Shown piece after piece: positions 1 to 12,901 of a DNA stretch of 38,812 nucleotides; positions within the stretch are counted from its first letter, which is position 1; the number at the start of each line of letters is the position of its first letter. This stretch comes from Batkoa obscura (Eukaryota). The notes below the pieces were generated by a model, which made no database searches, was not told the origin of the DNA, and saw only the letters and a list, made by a program, of their open reading frames with translations. The position numbers and the translations under genes were made by a program. The stretch lies in assembly GCA_030770535.1 (NCBI GenBank), contig JASVEC010000161.1:1-38812 (forward strand). Reading direction: 5' to 3'.

Positions 1-2
1 AC

Positions 3-40
3 TATTTAATTAACAACTCGTATTTAATTAACAACTCGTA
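3..40. repeat. 18-bp tandem duplication (TATTTAATTAACAACTCG x2)
   Basis: Exact repeat at 3-20 and 21-38. Confidence 0.85.
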
Positions 41-84
41 GCTATCAAGAATAATAAGCTTTATAGAATCACTAATTGGTAATA

Positions 85-184
85 TAGAGGAGTGTTTTTT
101 TAACTTCATTACTTTTTTCATCTCTTAAACATTATTTAAGCGGAAAATTTGTTGGTAAAATTTTTAATACAATATATCCTCATA
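85..184 (-). mobile_element. MITE family A copy (~100 bp), degenerate
   Basis: GAGGAGTGTTTTTT...TATCCTCATA, with the internal TATTTAAGCGGAAAATTTGTTGGTAAAATT shared with other copies. Confidence 0.75.
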
Positions 185-385
185 TGCTGGCTATTATTCC
201 TCAAGAATTCGAAACTATTATAGGAGTATTTTTTTATTTAGTTATGGTATGAAGATGCGCTGATACAATGCTTTCCACTAATAAAAAATCTCCTTTTTAA
301 GTAATAAAAATGGATTATTCAAAAAAATTAAAATAATTTTTCACTCTCATTCTAACCCTAGCTCGAATTTATCATAAACATAGTT

Positions 386-478
386 CATAGAGTGTTTTTA
401 TTGGTTTAATCATTTTTTCCATTTAAGTGCTATTTGAGTGAAAAATCGGTATCAAAATTCTTTAAATACGTTCCTATA
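386..478 (-). mobile_element. MITE family A copy, degenerate
   Basis: Internal TTTTCCATTT-AAGTGCTATTTGAGTGAAAA matches the family consensus. Confidence 0.7.
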
Positions 479-1609
479 TAAATAAAAAAATCTAACATAT
501 TAGATTTAAATTTAAATTCGTCATTAATTTTTATTTTGTATTGTAAGCATTATCCTTTACCAAAAAGTTTAATTCACAATACCTCATGAGTACTCCTATA
601 CTACAAGGGGCTTCTATAGAAACTAATGACTAGTACATTCTTCCCTAGAGATAGATGCACATAGCAAAACCCTAGTCTCAGATAATGGCATTTGGAAATG
701 TAGCTATAAAGACTCAATTTCACATAAGTATTTCACTTGCTGCAAAGTCACTTTCTTATAGTGTTTAACTATTAAATGGTTAATAGATTTAGGAAAATTG
801 CCATATTCACCTACAAAGGGCCATGTCTAATAGTTTTTTGAAATAAAACAATTTGATAAAATACTCTATTTATAAAATCCATTATTTTTTCATCTATAAT
901 AATTATGCCCCATGCCAATTTTTGTAAATCTATAGATGATGCCTATTTATTACTCCCTTCAATCTCTGAAGCTAATAATGCTATTTTTAAATAATTTGAT
1001 AATACATGTGATTTTAGAACAGAACTCACCTTAGATAAAGATCAAAAAGAATAGTCCAATTTCTAGGCAGGATGTCCTATAACTCAAACTCAGACAGATT
1101 ACTCTCTCTGGAATACAATAAATGTCATGTTTGTTAGCAAAAAAATTGGAACACAATAACTGTCTTATATTATAAACTTAAGCAGACAAGTTATTTGATT
1201 TAAAAGTTAGTCTGCTTAAAATAAAATCAAAATAAGTTGTATTATAATACTCCATCTATTCAAGGCTTCCACGTAATTGCAAAAGGCAGTATAAAAATAA
1301 ACCTTTGCTGTAGAAGATTCTCAAAACGATAATCTAAATATATATGCCAACCCAGTTTATTTACTTATTAATAGAGTAAGTTTAATATGAAAACTGCTGA
1401 AAAATATACTATTTATTGTGTTCTGGAGGGGAGTATTAACCCTCCTGTGAATTTAGATTTATTTCGTGGTGCCCTTAATTTCTTTTAATTGGTCAACTCT
1501 CTCTTATCCTATCATCTCAACTTATTCGTTTTGCCTGTCTTTTTAAGGTCAAATAAAGTACTTATGAATTAGAAAATTTCTATCACATCATAAACTAAAC
1601 AAAAGGAAG

Positions 1610-2744
1610 ATGAATGAAGGTAACAAATCATCAGTAATAGATGTATTTTTGATTAACTAAAATTAATAGAAACCTTATTTAAAAGCCGATTATCAGTAGA
1701 TGATAGAATTATTAAAAGATGTATCAAAAGATATCAAGCTTTTGTTAAGGCAATTAAAAGTAAAAAGAGTAAAACTGAGATGTAAGCTAAATTATTTAAA
1801 TCAAATGGGACATTTTTTTGATTGAAATATAGAAATTTATTATATCAACAATTTGAAAATGATTTGGCTCAAGCTGAGTTGAGTTTATCTGCTTCGGAAA
1901 TGACCATGATTGCTTTAGAGCATGAGGAGAAAGTTATTAAGAAAGATGAAGATATTATAGGTAAAATTTAAGTTTGAGTTTAGTTTTCTAGTTTTTAAAT
2001 TAGATGCATAGAAAAAAGTACCAAAGAATATGAAATTGCGATTTTAAAAAATGAACAAATTTTAAAGTTAGCTAAAGAAGAACGATTAAAAAGTAAACAA
2101 TATGATCACCTTAAAGCAGAACTTTTCAGTTTAAAACCATACTCCAAATTGATAAAGTAAATATTCAATGTTGAGTTTTCGATTATAAAGTTAATATTTT
2201 GTTTTTACAGAGAAACTGAGATCTTAGAAAAAGAAAAAGAGGCGATAGATGCGGAAAGACAAACACAACAAAAATGTATAACAATAGCTAAACATCGGTT
2301 AAATTTAATGCTAGATGAACTTGTTAATTTTGATAATCTTGTTAATGATATTGGAAATAATCCATTAATAACATTGACGAAATTCAATAAAGAAAATCCC
2401 GATTTCGATTTTGAAGAAGCTAGAAAAAAATATGACATTGAACAGGGATTGGATAAAATGTTTTTAAATTTGAAAGGAAAAATTAATTCAAAAGAGTTAA
2501 GTTTGGATATTGATACTACAACTCAATCTAAAAATTTATCAGTTAATGGTCAAAAAAGTAAAATTATTGAGGTAAACAAGAGTCTTTTTAGTTCTAGTCA
2601 ATATTGACATTGTAATTATAGAAAAAAGGATATCGTTCCAAACATAGTGGTAATAGCTCACCTAGATCAAAGAGATCCCCAGTCATTGAAGAAGGCGAAT
2701 TGATTTCGGATACCCCACCTTTAAAACATCATCGACTTGATTAA
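1610..2744 (+). CDS. THOC7: THO complex subunit 7 / Mft1-like protein. Exons ~1610-1619, 1670-1781, 1833-1960, 2012-2156, 2211-2571, 2622-2744
   Basis: Manual GT-AG splicing gives a continuous frame: MNEETLFKSRLSVDDRIIKRCIKRY...DLAQAELSL...EQILKLAKEERLKSKQYDHLKAEL. This resembles the THOC7 coiled coil (RL..DDR; AK..R....YD.L). It joins ORF 2308-2607. Confidence 0.75.
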
Positions 2745-3956
2745 TCCTAATGACCTAACTTTTTTAAAATTTGCTGAAAGTTTGCATTTTAAATTAAATA
2801 TTTCATCTTTTGTGTTTATTTAAATAGTCATTATTGTATATGTTAGATTACCATGTTGGTCTATAGTTATAGTTAGGTTGACATCATTTTTATTCAATGT
2901 CAGTAGTATAATATTAAAGCACCAGATAGATCAAGCTATTATTTTTCAATTCGTAAGTTAGAGTTACAAACTTTGCAGTTAGATGTTTTAGATAAAGCTT
3001 TCTTTTGTTAAATGCCAAGTGATTAAAAAGTAATACTATTTAAAAAATGACAGCATTAAGTCTAAATTAATTAATTTATAGTTATGCAATATTTAAAGAC
3101 AATAATATCTTGGAACTTTACAACTTTGTTTTTGTTCTATTAAACAGTAATGCGAAAGAAATTTTAAAGAATAACAACTTATTCTAGTGCTCTGGCTAAA
3201 TATTATCTAAGTTTATTATGGACTTTATTTAACTTTTTTGGATAAGAAAATAAGCTTTTTAATTAGCTTTAAAACCTGAGGCGAAATAATTTTATCATCT
3301 TATATTACGTTACATTAAGTATCATGTTTTGTTTAATAGAATGTTAAAATAAACATCATTTTTAATATTGTCAAAGTGAAATCGTACTTATTTTAAATAT
3401 AAGCCAAATAGTAGACTAAATATTTTATAATTCAAAAACTATTATTAACAAAATTTTATTCTTAAACATTTTTAAATTTGATATGGAAATAGCATTAGAT
3501 AAGCTTCTAAAATGATTAAAATCCTTTAGTTTATATCTAAAATTAGAATTTAACAATGGATATCAGGTTATGGTGACATCATCTGTTTCAGGTTAGGAGG
3601 AGAATGCTTAAAAATGCATAAAAGCATTAAGTTGAATGTTTCAGTAGTTAGAAACAGATAAGCACGTTGAAGATTAAAGAAGGAGGCTAAGCTAATTTAG
3701 AGCTTAAACTGCAAATGAAACGACAAGTTTGCATTTCCCCATAAATTTAAAATGATAACTGAAACCTAGCTTTAACGCACCAATTCACTTCAATTTTAAA
3801 GGAAAGCTGTGTTTCAAATTATAAAATTATTAAAATCCTCAATTAAAAAGTATAAAATCCATCACAAAGCATTTAAAACAGTCACGGTTTTACTTTTCAT
3901 TTTTTAAAACAATTTGACTTATAAAAAAATTCAAATTTAAATTAATATTAGAACAA

Positions 3957-5655
3957 ATGCCTACCGCGATACCTAATACCATTAAGAAAGAACCCGAAGC
4001 TCAAGAAGTATTTAACAATAAATCTCATAACAATAATTTTACAAATAATGAGAATTATACCCCAATGAAAGAACCACAGTTAATGGATCCTAATAATAAC
4101 ACTCAAAGTTACAATGCATATAAAGGCAAATTTTCACCTTTGAGACAGTATCAAAACGAACAGCAACTCGATTATAATGCTCAAGCTCCCCCTAATCAAG
4201 AAGAGAATATGACCAATCAAGCTATGAAGTAATTGAAATTTTATATCAAATTTGATTTTAACTAATATTATTATTAAAGAGCTCAGATGAATAATATGCC
4301 TTTTTTACCTAGTAACACGTCAAACGAACATACTATCACTAGAAGGGCTAGTTTGGGTATGTATCCTCCAATGCCTAATAATCAAATGGATTTAGTAACC
4401 ACTATTAACGATGTGCCATCTATATTATCAAAGGCAAATGTAGTTTTTGAAGGGAACTTTCAAGATATTTTAGAAAATTGGTAAGAGTAATTCAATAAGT
4501 ATGTTAATAAATATACTAATTTTGTTTTATTAGGAGTGATGAAGAAAAGCTATCTAAACGTAGATTAGTTCAGTTTTGGCGTCGGCATGAAAATAATACG
4601 ATCTACTGTTCATTTCAGCCCATTTTACCTAATGCTCGACCACCTAACAGTGTGATTATATCATGTATCTATTGGGAAGAAAGAATGGAATATTTTATTA
4701 CGAGCGTGGATTGTATTCATTTACTTGAGTCACTTATCTCTGTAAGGTTTACAGTAGAAGAAAAGAATCGAATACGCCGTAATTTGGAAGGTTTCCGACC
4801 ATTAACTGTTTCTAAATGTAAAAAAGAAACGGCTGATTTTTTTAAGTTGATTATGGCTTTCCCAAATCCAAAACCACGTAATATTGAAAAGGATGTTAAA
4901 GTTTTTCATTGGCGTGTACTCCCATTTGCTCTCAAAAAAATAGTTAGCAAATATGTAAGCTTATCTCTTATTAATTAAAACTTTTTATTAAATCATTTAT
5001 TTAGGCCTCGGGTTATGCACCAGCATCGAATATGCCTATGGATAATTTTGGTAGTATGCAAGTTAAAAATAATGCCTCTCTTGGCTACAACCCTTACTAT
5101 AACAGCAATCCTAGTAGTAATTATGGAGGTAAAATTATTATTTTAATATACAACCCAGATGATTTAATACAAATTTTAGGTTATCAACGTCGATATTCAC
5201 AGCCAGCTAATTTAGTAAATTTAAATATGTTTGGGCAAAACTATAAATTGGTTCAATCTGGTCAACAAGCGGCAAATGCTTACTTTAATCAAAACCAACC
5301 TATTTCACAATCCTATCAACAACAAACTAATTTTAGTATGAATAACCCAAGTATGCCCTCAATTTCAGAGCGACCTTCTTATGAAGATTTTGCCTCACAA
5401 TTTGTTTATGCTAATCAAAACCAATCTTTCCAACGTCGTCATTCGCTTGCTGATCCTTACTCTGCCCATCAATCTAAGCCTAGAAATATGAATCCATTAG
5501 CTAGATTAAATGAAGAAACTATGTTTAATAGTAGTATCTCACGTCCCAACAGTGGGAATATGGATGCGTTAAGGCACCCTTCTGGGCTAGGAATAGTAGA
5601 AGGTAGAATGGAATTAAATAAGGAGAACAATGATTTTAATGGTAACAACCATTAG
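3957..5655 (+). CDS. medA: Medusa/MedA (ACON-3)-family developmental regulator. Exons ~3957-4228, 4280-4480, 4534-4954, 5005-5128, 5180-5655
   Basis: Conserved MedA core WSDEEK..KRRLVQFWR...ISCIYW...ITSVD...EEKNRIRRNLEGFRPLTVSK...IMAFPNPKPRNIEKDVKVF.W..L..ALKKI.SKY, with N/Q-rich flanks. Canonical splice sites link the four ORF fragments. Confidence 0.85.
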
Positions 5656-6663
5656 CGCTATTATGTATAAGATAGTGATTACTTATTGGTTTATTAGATT
5701 CAAAATAATTCATTTTTGATAGTTTGATTTTGGTGTAATATTATATACTTTGTACTACTTGTATTACTTGCTTTTATTAAGTGCTCTCCATTTTTTAAGA
5801 ATTCTTTATCTAAAACTTTTTTTGTCCGTGAAATTTTATTTATTTTACTTTTTTTTATTATATTAAAGCTGTTCATAGTTTTTAGTAAATTGTTTTATTT
5901 TCTATATTAATTAGTTTAAAAGATACTATTATGCACTATAAATAGTGAACTAAAAATCTAAATATATATATGATTGTTTTAAATTTAATTTAATTGTGAA
6001 TAAGTGCTAGTCAAAATTGTAAAAAAGCTCATATTTTAAACTTAAATTGAATCAAAATAATCAACTATTCAAAACTCTAGTTCATTATTTCAAAAACATT
6101 AATATATTTAAAACAATTCACAAAAATCAAATTTGCTAAATAAAGTAAATTGTATTCTAAAAAGAATAATTTGTTGTTAAAGAAATAATCAATATAATTA
6201 ATTGAAGACAAAACTAATATTAATGTTAAATAAAGCTTCTGATTATTAGATTATAACATAATTTTTAATGAAATTGATCATTTACTAAAAATATTCTAGA
6301 ACCTTTTGTAAATTAATTTCAAAATATATATGTCTATAAATATGAAAAAATTGTTATAATCTATTAAATAAATAATATGAGATATACTTTTGTATCACTA
6401 TGAAAATTCCATAGAAAGTTAAGATAGTCAAAACAAAAAATTTGATTAGTCAAATATCTTGGTATAAAAGTATATTATACTACTTATTTAACCTAATAAT
6501 AACAGCTTTTTCGTATTTATTTATACAAAACAACATTTTATTCTAATATAGTAATCCATCAGAATAAGACAAGTAACATGTCAATAATTTTTAAACTTAA
6601 TCTTTCGTTCAAAAGATTTGAAGATTAGTTGTATTTTATAAAAGAAATAGTTAACAATCATTA

Positions 6664-6768
6664 TACGGGGATGTATTTTTGTGTTTAAGAATTTTACTAA
6701 CAAATTTTCCACTCAAATAGCGTTTAAAAAATGGAAAAAATAATGAAGTCAAAAAAAACACTCCCATA
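6664..6768 (+). mobile_element. MITE family A copy
   Basis: TA-CGGGGATGTATTTTT...AAAAAAAACACTCCCA-TA. Confidence 0.85.
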
Positions 6769-7389
6769 TAGCATTGCATAAAATATATCAAATAGCATAT
6801 TTATTTAGGCTTTTCTAAAACGGTCATAACTTTTTGTGGTTTCTACAATGATCAACTATTTGTTAGTCCCTTTTCTCCTTTCTTTTTTTTCGAGTTAGAA
6901 AAATTTATTATTAGATCTTTTTAGTCTACATAATTTTGTTATAGAAGTGATAGATAATAACTTATTAAAAAACTAAAGGAAAAGTAAGATAAATAAGGTA
7001 TAAAATAAGTAATGTTTCCATTCAGATATCTATTTTTTAAAATTAAATTTTCAATCTTTTTTACTTTATACAATCATAAAATATACTATTATAGCCCTTT
7101 TGTTATTAAAAAAGACGTTTTAATCAACTTCTAAACTTAAAAGCCTCATCAAAATAATCCTTCATTCTTAATTTCCGTTATAAAGTTATTATCATGCAAG
7201 TAAAGAAAAGACATTTGTTATCCATCAAACAACATGTAAAAAATTGATAGAGGAAGAAAAAACTAGTTTTTTAAATCTCCATTAATTATCATAAAAAAGT
7301 TGAGTAAACCCTAGAAAATACACATCATAGAATACTAGCAAGGTTATATAAAGTTGAAAATAAACCCAAACTTCAAGTATCAAAAAAAG

Positions 7390-7583
7390 GTGAAATTGGC
7401 ATCATGTATTGTTTTATCCACTACCATTGCTTCTTTCATCAGCCCTTCTTTGCACAAAATATACATGATTTAAGCGATAATGCTTTAGATAAATGTTTTG
7501 GCCAAACGTTTATTGATACGCTTAATGGGTGCATTTCCAGTGTCAAATACCGTAGAAATAATGAAGGAGATAACTGCTCGTAA
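7390..7583 (+). pseudogene. Highly decayed paralogue of the secreted CBM19-like family
   Basis: GTG AAA TTG GCA TCA TGT ATT GTT TTA TCC reads (V)KLASCIVLSTTIASFISPSLHK, versus MKFASCVALLSIVAPSFGFLFHK. Early stop. TATATAAAG lies upstream, and the 3' AAAATACTTAAATA matches the 3' flank of copy 1. Confidence 0.55.
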
Positions 7584-8324
7584 TCAATAAAAATACTTAA
7601 ATAGAAGTCTTTGGACTATGAAAGTTAAAATCTACAAATTATTAACATTATCATTTATTGTATAAATATCCAGATAAAAACAGAATTTGTTATCCTTAAT
7701 GTTTTAATCTATAGTTTAAAATACTTTATAAACTTATAACATAATTGAAATAGTGAATTTATAAAAAGACATAAACAAAATGTAGAAACTTGAAGTTTGA
7801 TACAATTAAATCGAGATTAATAGTTTGAATGCCATTAAAATAGGAACTCCGAAACAAGTATTTAATGGTAAGGAAATTCACTATCTAAAAACATAAACTC
7901 CAGTCTCAAAGCTACTTTTTAAACACCTTTAAATCTCTGGTTTGTGTGTATATAATAAATTTTTGAATAACTTATAAATTGGTTTCTCGTTTTCTTCATG
8001 AATATTCATTAAGTATTTTTGGCTAGTTTTAATATGTGAATGAAACGAACTTCTCTTATTATGTTATAAGATGCTTTCAGTATGTAAAAAGAGTACGTTT
8101 TATTTTAAACGATACTTTATCAATAGTTATAATAAAAAATTGTATTTATTATACCTATTACTTATTTTCTTAGTGTTTTTGTTACAAATAAAACCTTGTT
8201 TTATTTATCAACTTATCAAATCAATGACGTCTATTTATCCAAAATAAGCTAGTTACAAATTTTAAGCTATGGGCTTTAATTTAGAAATTACACACAAACA
8301 AAAACAACTAGTACCCTTGAAAAC

Positions 8325-8690
8325 TTCTTATCTCTATTGCAATTGTATAACCCAGACTTGATATTTACATTGACCTGATCCACCTTCCTTATTATTACAG
8401 TTGCTCACCTGAAACCAATGCTCCACTCCTTCAATTGCATTCCCAGCATTCAAGAGCATGGCCCTCAAGGAACTTTCTTTCATCATCCATTCCAAATTTT
8501 TCAGATCGAAATCCCCTAACCCAGATCTCTTAAATACTCTTCTTTCTAAAGTCCCCGCCTCATCCTCACACCAAGTCCTTTGCACCCTAAAGGCTGCCTC
8601 TTCCTTTCACCTTTTCCTCCCTAATTGGTTCTCCGGTTTAACTCCATTTTTACACTAATAAAGTCACAAGGCTCTTGTCTTAAATTTTAA
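8325..8690 (+). mobile_element. C/T-rich coding-like insert, possibly the 3' fragment of a non-LTR retrotransposon ORF
   Basis: Abrupt shift to higher GC with strong C skew; broken plus-strand frame ending at TAA 8658. No diagnostic RT or endonuclease motif seen. Confidence 0.3.
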
Positions 8691-8825
8691 AAACTACACA
8701 GAAAAAATATTGAATTATGAAAATGGAAATTAAAATATTACTTTGTGAAAAATGGAGATATAATAATCAAAAGAATATGTAAAATATTCAAAAAAAATCT
8801 TTTGATAAATTATAAAGTTATAAAA

Positions 8826-9165
8826 ATGAAATTGATTTCCTATCCTGCTTTATTATCAACTATCGCTCCTTCTTTAGGCTTCTTAGTTCAAGAAAATCAT
8901 AATCCAGTACGCCAAGATGACTATGATGAAGGTCAGGATAGAGACTATAGTGGAAGCTATGATAAAGGCTACGTAATATACTATAGAGTTAAACCTCGGG
9001 GTTCCCATGAAAGTCCCAAGTACTGCGATCCTGGAAGTAATGGTTTTTACCTGTTCTGGAGGAGAGTGTATCTTCCATTAATCTGATCTAGAAATTACTT
9101 GTAAACAGGATTGTTATGGCGAAGTGTACTGCGTATTTTGTTCACTATATAAAAGATCTAAATAG
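8826..9165 (+). pseudogene. Frameshifted paralogue of the secreted CBM19-like family
   Basis: MKLISYPALLSTIAPSLGFL...YCDPGSNGFY, then after a frameshift CSGGECIFH*SDLEITCKQDCYGEVYC. This aligns with FCDYNSGGFYT/CAQGRYVLRQCGPGTRCQQQGQDNVFC. Confidence 0.75.
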
Positions 9166-9521
9166 GAGTGTTTAGTTATAAAGTTAAAAATTCTATGTTA
9201 AAATGAGGTTTAAAAGAAATAGAAATTTAAAGGTAAGTTATGATATTGAATATTATACTTTGATTTATTTACCACACAATGCGTATCTTAAAGTCTTTAC
9301 CATGCTTAACGTAGTAAGATTGTGAAAAAACATAAAAGTTATACTAAGGCTTAAAGTTTTACATGTAATTAAATAATGAAGATAGAGGATAAATCTAGAT
9401 GGTAATTCCGCTATAATTGAGGATATGACAAAAAAAGATGAATTATAACAATTTACATAAAACAAACAATTTGCCTAATTTTAACAAAATTGCTGTTATT
9501 GAAAAATAAAAACAAGATTTA

Positions 9522-9563
9522 TTTGTGTTATTGTGTTATTGTGTTATTATGTTATTATGTTAT
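9522..9563. repeat. 8-bp tandem repeat TT(G/A)TGTTA x~5
   Basis: ttgtgtta ttgtgtta ttgtgtta ttatgtta ttatgtta. Confidence 0.8.
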
Positions 9564-9739
9564 TTGTCACTGCTCCTTCTTCTAATTTTTTATATGATGG
9601 CAATTATAACTGTCGTATTGGGGCTGCATTTTGTAGTTGTAGCACTAATAGGCATATTAGATGTATGCAAAGTCATTTTTTTCCCGTTAAATATACTCTA
9701 AGAAGTAGTTTTCAACAAGAGCGATATGGTATATCTTGA
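9533..9739 (+). pseudogene. Decayed paralogue of the secreted CBM19-like family
   Basis: LFVTAPSSNFLYDGNYNCRIGAAFC...IRCMQ...FQQE parallels SIVAPSFGFL..GNYGGCREGAMFC...YTCAQ...CQQQ. The last three Cys are lost and an 8-bp repeat occupies the 5' end. Confidence 0.65.
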
Positions 9740-9978
9740 AAAAATTAGTTTTATAAAATATTCAGATAAATAGTTAAATTTAGATTATTTAATATTCAAA
9801 GATATTTAAAGATAATGTGAGCAAATGCTTTAATTATAAATATTCCTATAGTTATGGATGTATATAAATATCCCAATATCTAGTTTTAGTATATATTACA
9901 TATAATTTTTTATAGTCTTATAATTAAATAAACTTTTAAACAAAAAAGAGATAAAGTATTAGCTCAAATTAATACAGC

Positions 9979-10126
9979 TACTGTAACTCTACTGCAACCT
10001 AATTTGCACTAATTTTTAGACTAACTATTTTTTGTTGGAGTTTTGATAGCTGGTTTAATTTTTGTTATTTTTAGCAAAGTTATAACTTTAAATCAACACT
10101 TAGTTGGTTCCAATAGAGCTACAGTA
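9979..10126. mobile_element. Small TIR element (MITE family C), TA-flanked
   Basis: Left end TA-CTGTAACTCTACTGCAACC; right end GGTTCCAATAGAGCTACAG-TA (inverted, 3 mismatches). Absent from the homologous upstream regions of copies 2 and 3. Confidence 0.7.
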
Positions 10127-10216
10127 GTATTTATCAGAAAAAAATCAATTCAGTAAAAACAAATTAAAAATAAAAAACTGCAAACTTTATTTTTAGGCCA
10201 AAAAATTGTAGAAAAA

Positions 10217-10331
10217 GACGGATGACGGAAAAGCAAAAATAAATTGAGGTATTAACTCCGTGAAAAAAGGGGGTAGAGTAACCAACAATAAAGCAACTAG
10301 AGCTAGGCTGTCAAAAGATGATATATAAAGA
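10217..10331 (+). promoter_or_regulatory. Promoter of CBM19-like copy 1 (largely duplicated upstream of copies 2 and 3)
   Basis: TATATAAAG ~55 bp before the ATG; GACGGATGACGG direct repeat; AACTCCGTG; AGGGG (STRE-like). Confidence 0.5.
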
Positions 10332-10381
10332 AAAAAGAGAAAGCTCAATATTTTTATCAAACTAACGATTAAATTACAAAT

Positions 10382-10690
10382 ATGAAATTTGCTTCTTGTG
10401 TTGCTTTATTATCAATTGTTGCTCCATCTTTTGGATTCTTATTCCATAAAAGCTCCAACTCTTTACGTAATGGATACTATGGTGGTGGAGGTAACTATGG
10501 TGGAGGTAACTATGGTGGAGGTAATTACGGTGGTAACTATGGTGGATGTCGTGAAGGAGCTATGTTTTGTGATTATAACAGTGGTGGTTTCTATACTTGT
10601 GCTCAAGGTCGTTATGTCCTTCGTCAATGTGGTCCAGGAACTCGTTGTCAACAACAAGGTCAAGACAATGTCTTCTGTAATTATGCCTAA
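10382..10690 (+). CDS. Small secreted Gly-rich protein with C-terminal 6-Cys CBM19-like (putative chitin-binding) domain, copy 1
   Basis: Signal peptide, (GGNYG)n linker, then C..G.MFC......F..C.QG..V.RQC..GT.C........C, resembling fungal CBM19. Strong codon bias; no introns. Confidence 0.85.
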   Translation: MKFASCVALLSIVAPSFGFLFHKSSNSLRNGYYGGGGNYGGGNYGGGNYGGNYGGCREGAMFCDYNSGGFYTCAQGRYVLRQCGPGTRCQQQGQDNVFCNYA

Positions 10691-11060
10691 TTCTATAAAA
10701 TACTTAAATAAAAATATTAAATTATAAAGTTTAGTTTTAAGGACATTATTTATAATGAACTCCTCTAAATATAAACAGTGGCTTAAAAATGGATCTAGAT
10801 AATTGAATTTTTTTTAGCACTTTTACATATTTCAAAGTATGTCTAGAGCTTTAGAGATATTAAATATTTAAGAAAATATATAGAAAAGACATCGAAATTA
10901 AAATCTGACATGCGATTAAAGAACTAGTATATGCTATAGAATATAAATTCTGAAAATATTACACTCTTTTGACGAAAATAAGAGATTTATTTTAGAAACT
11001 AGTTTGCTAAAAATTTAACTAGCTTTTACAGAAATCTTTGCTTATATTTTTTACTCAATA

Positions 11061-11160
11061 TATGAGAGTGTTTTTTCTGGTTTCATCACTTTTCTATTTT
11101 AAGCGCTATTTGAGCGGAAAGGTTGTTAGTAAAAGTCTTAAACAAAAAAACACATCTGTA
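11061..11160 (-). mobile_element. MITE family A copy
   Basis: TATGAGAGTGTTTTTT...AAGCGCTATTTGAGCGGAAAG...CACATCTGTA. Confidence 0.8.
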
Positions 11161-11893
11161 TGTGCTAATATTAAAAATTTATTATAAAAGATTGAATTCC
11201 GTTTGTAAAACCATTTTCTAAATAAACTATGTGAATCTTAATATTAACTTAAAAACCAAGGCCTTAATTTAAGAGCAAAAATTAATTGACCAACTAATGA
11301 AGAATGAGGATAAATTTAGATGTCAATTCCATTAAAATAAGGATGGGAAATTAAAAGAAATAGAAATGATTCATACAAAACTAGCATCACATCTCAATTT
11401 TTATCGAAGGCTGCTATCATTTAAAAAGCCACTTAATACCTAAAGATATTAGTAGTTAATGTGAACTAAATGAGTTAACTAAAAACATATATATAACATT
11501 AACACAACAACTCAGTGGTGTAGCTTTAGTACATATTATATGTTTTTTCAGTTTAGTAATTAAACAAATTTCTAAGCTTAGAGAAGGGATGGATAAAATA
11601 TTAACTAAAAAATATTTCTGCCAACAGAAAAATAAAATCTGGTAAAAAATTATACCTTTGAAATGATCAAAAACTAAAAATAAATAAAACTGCAAACTTT
11701 ATTTTTAGGCCAAAAAATTGTAGAAAAAGACGGATGACGGAAAAGCAAAAATAAATTGAGGTATTAACTCCGTGAAAAAAGGGGGTAGAGTAACCAACAA
11801 TAAAGCAACTAGAGCTAGGCTGTCAAAAGATGATATATAAAGAAAAAAGAGAAAGCTCAATATTTTTATCAAACTAACGATTAAATTACAAAT

Positions 11894-12202
11894 ATGAAAT
11901 TTGCTTCTTGTGTTGCTTTATTATCAATTGTTGCTCCATCTTTTGGATTCTTATTCCATAAAAGCTCCAACTCTTTACGTAATGGATACTATGGTGGTGG
12001 AGGTAACTATGGTGGAGGTAACTATGGTGGAGGTAATTACGGTGGTAACTATGGTGGATGTCGTGAAGGAGCTATGTTTTGTGATTATAACAGTGGTGGT
12101 TTCTATACTTGTGCTCAAGGTCGTTATGTCCTTCGTCAATGTGGTCCAGGAACTCGTTGTCAACAACAAGGTCAAGACAATGTCTTCTGTAATTATGCCT
12201 AA
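11894..12202 (+). CDS. Secreted Gly-rich CBM19-like protein, copy 2
   Basis: Identical to copy 1 at the DNA level. Confidence 0.85.
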   Translation: MKFASCVALLSIVAPSFGFLFHKSSNSLRNGYYGGGGNYGGGNYGGGNYGGNYGGCREGAMFCDYNSGGFYTCAQGRYVLRQCGPGTRCQQQGQDNVFCNYA

Positions 12203-12901
12203 TTCTATAAAATATTTAAATAAAAATATTTATTGCAAAATTTATCTCTGAGGTCTATTTTGTATAAATTATAATACAGTTAGGAGTAGTTACTTAAAAT
12301 CAAACTTGTATACTTTATTGGTTTTTTTGCTATATACAAATCTCTAATTATGTTTTAGAGATTTAGAGGTGCTCAAATGTTTTATTCAAGAAAAGAGATA
12401 AAAGAAACCATAAAACTAAATTTAAAATGCATTTAGATACAATTTTTAGTCTAAATAAATGCTATGAAATATAAACACTGAAAAACATTGCTCTCATTTG
12501 ATAAAATAAAAAATATAGAGAGAGAGACCATTTTATTAAAAAACACTGCTTTCTTAAAAGCTTTATTTTTTATTCTCTTTAATGTTTGTAAAATAAGAAA
12601 TTTAATAAAAAAAAATAATTTGAATAAATACCTTTTGAGCAAATTATACTTGTGATTTACCTAAACTAGGAAATCCACTCATAAACATTAAGAAGATATG
12701 AGATTCATAATCCTCACATTCAAAAATTGTGGCCATATTTTGAGGCAAAGAGACAAATAATCAAACGATGGAGAAAAAAATAAAATTGATATGATAGCTC
12801 CGCTAAAACGATGGAAGAATGCTACAAGATAAATAATAACAACTAATATACGTAAACAATCCGGCTCGGTTTTTGCAAATATTATCATCACTTAGGCTAA
12901 A

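Noticed and set aside
219..600. Inverted pair TATAGGAGTA / TACTCCTATA enclosing ~380 bp
   Set aside because: Only a 10-bp match and no second copy in the window; it may be an old TIR element but is unsupported.
1178..1447. Short inverted repeats (TTAAGCAGAC/GTCTGCTTAA; GGAGGG/CCCTCC) and a U5-like TGCCTTTT on the minus strand
   Set aside because: Too short; the U5 loop and stem context does not match.
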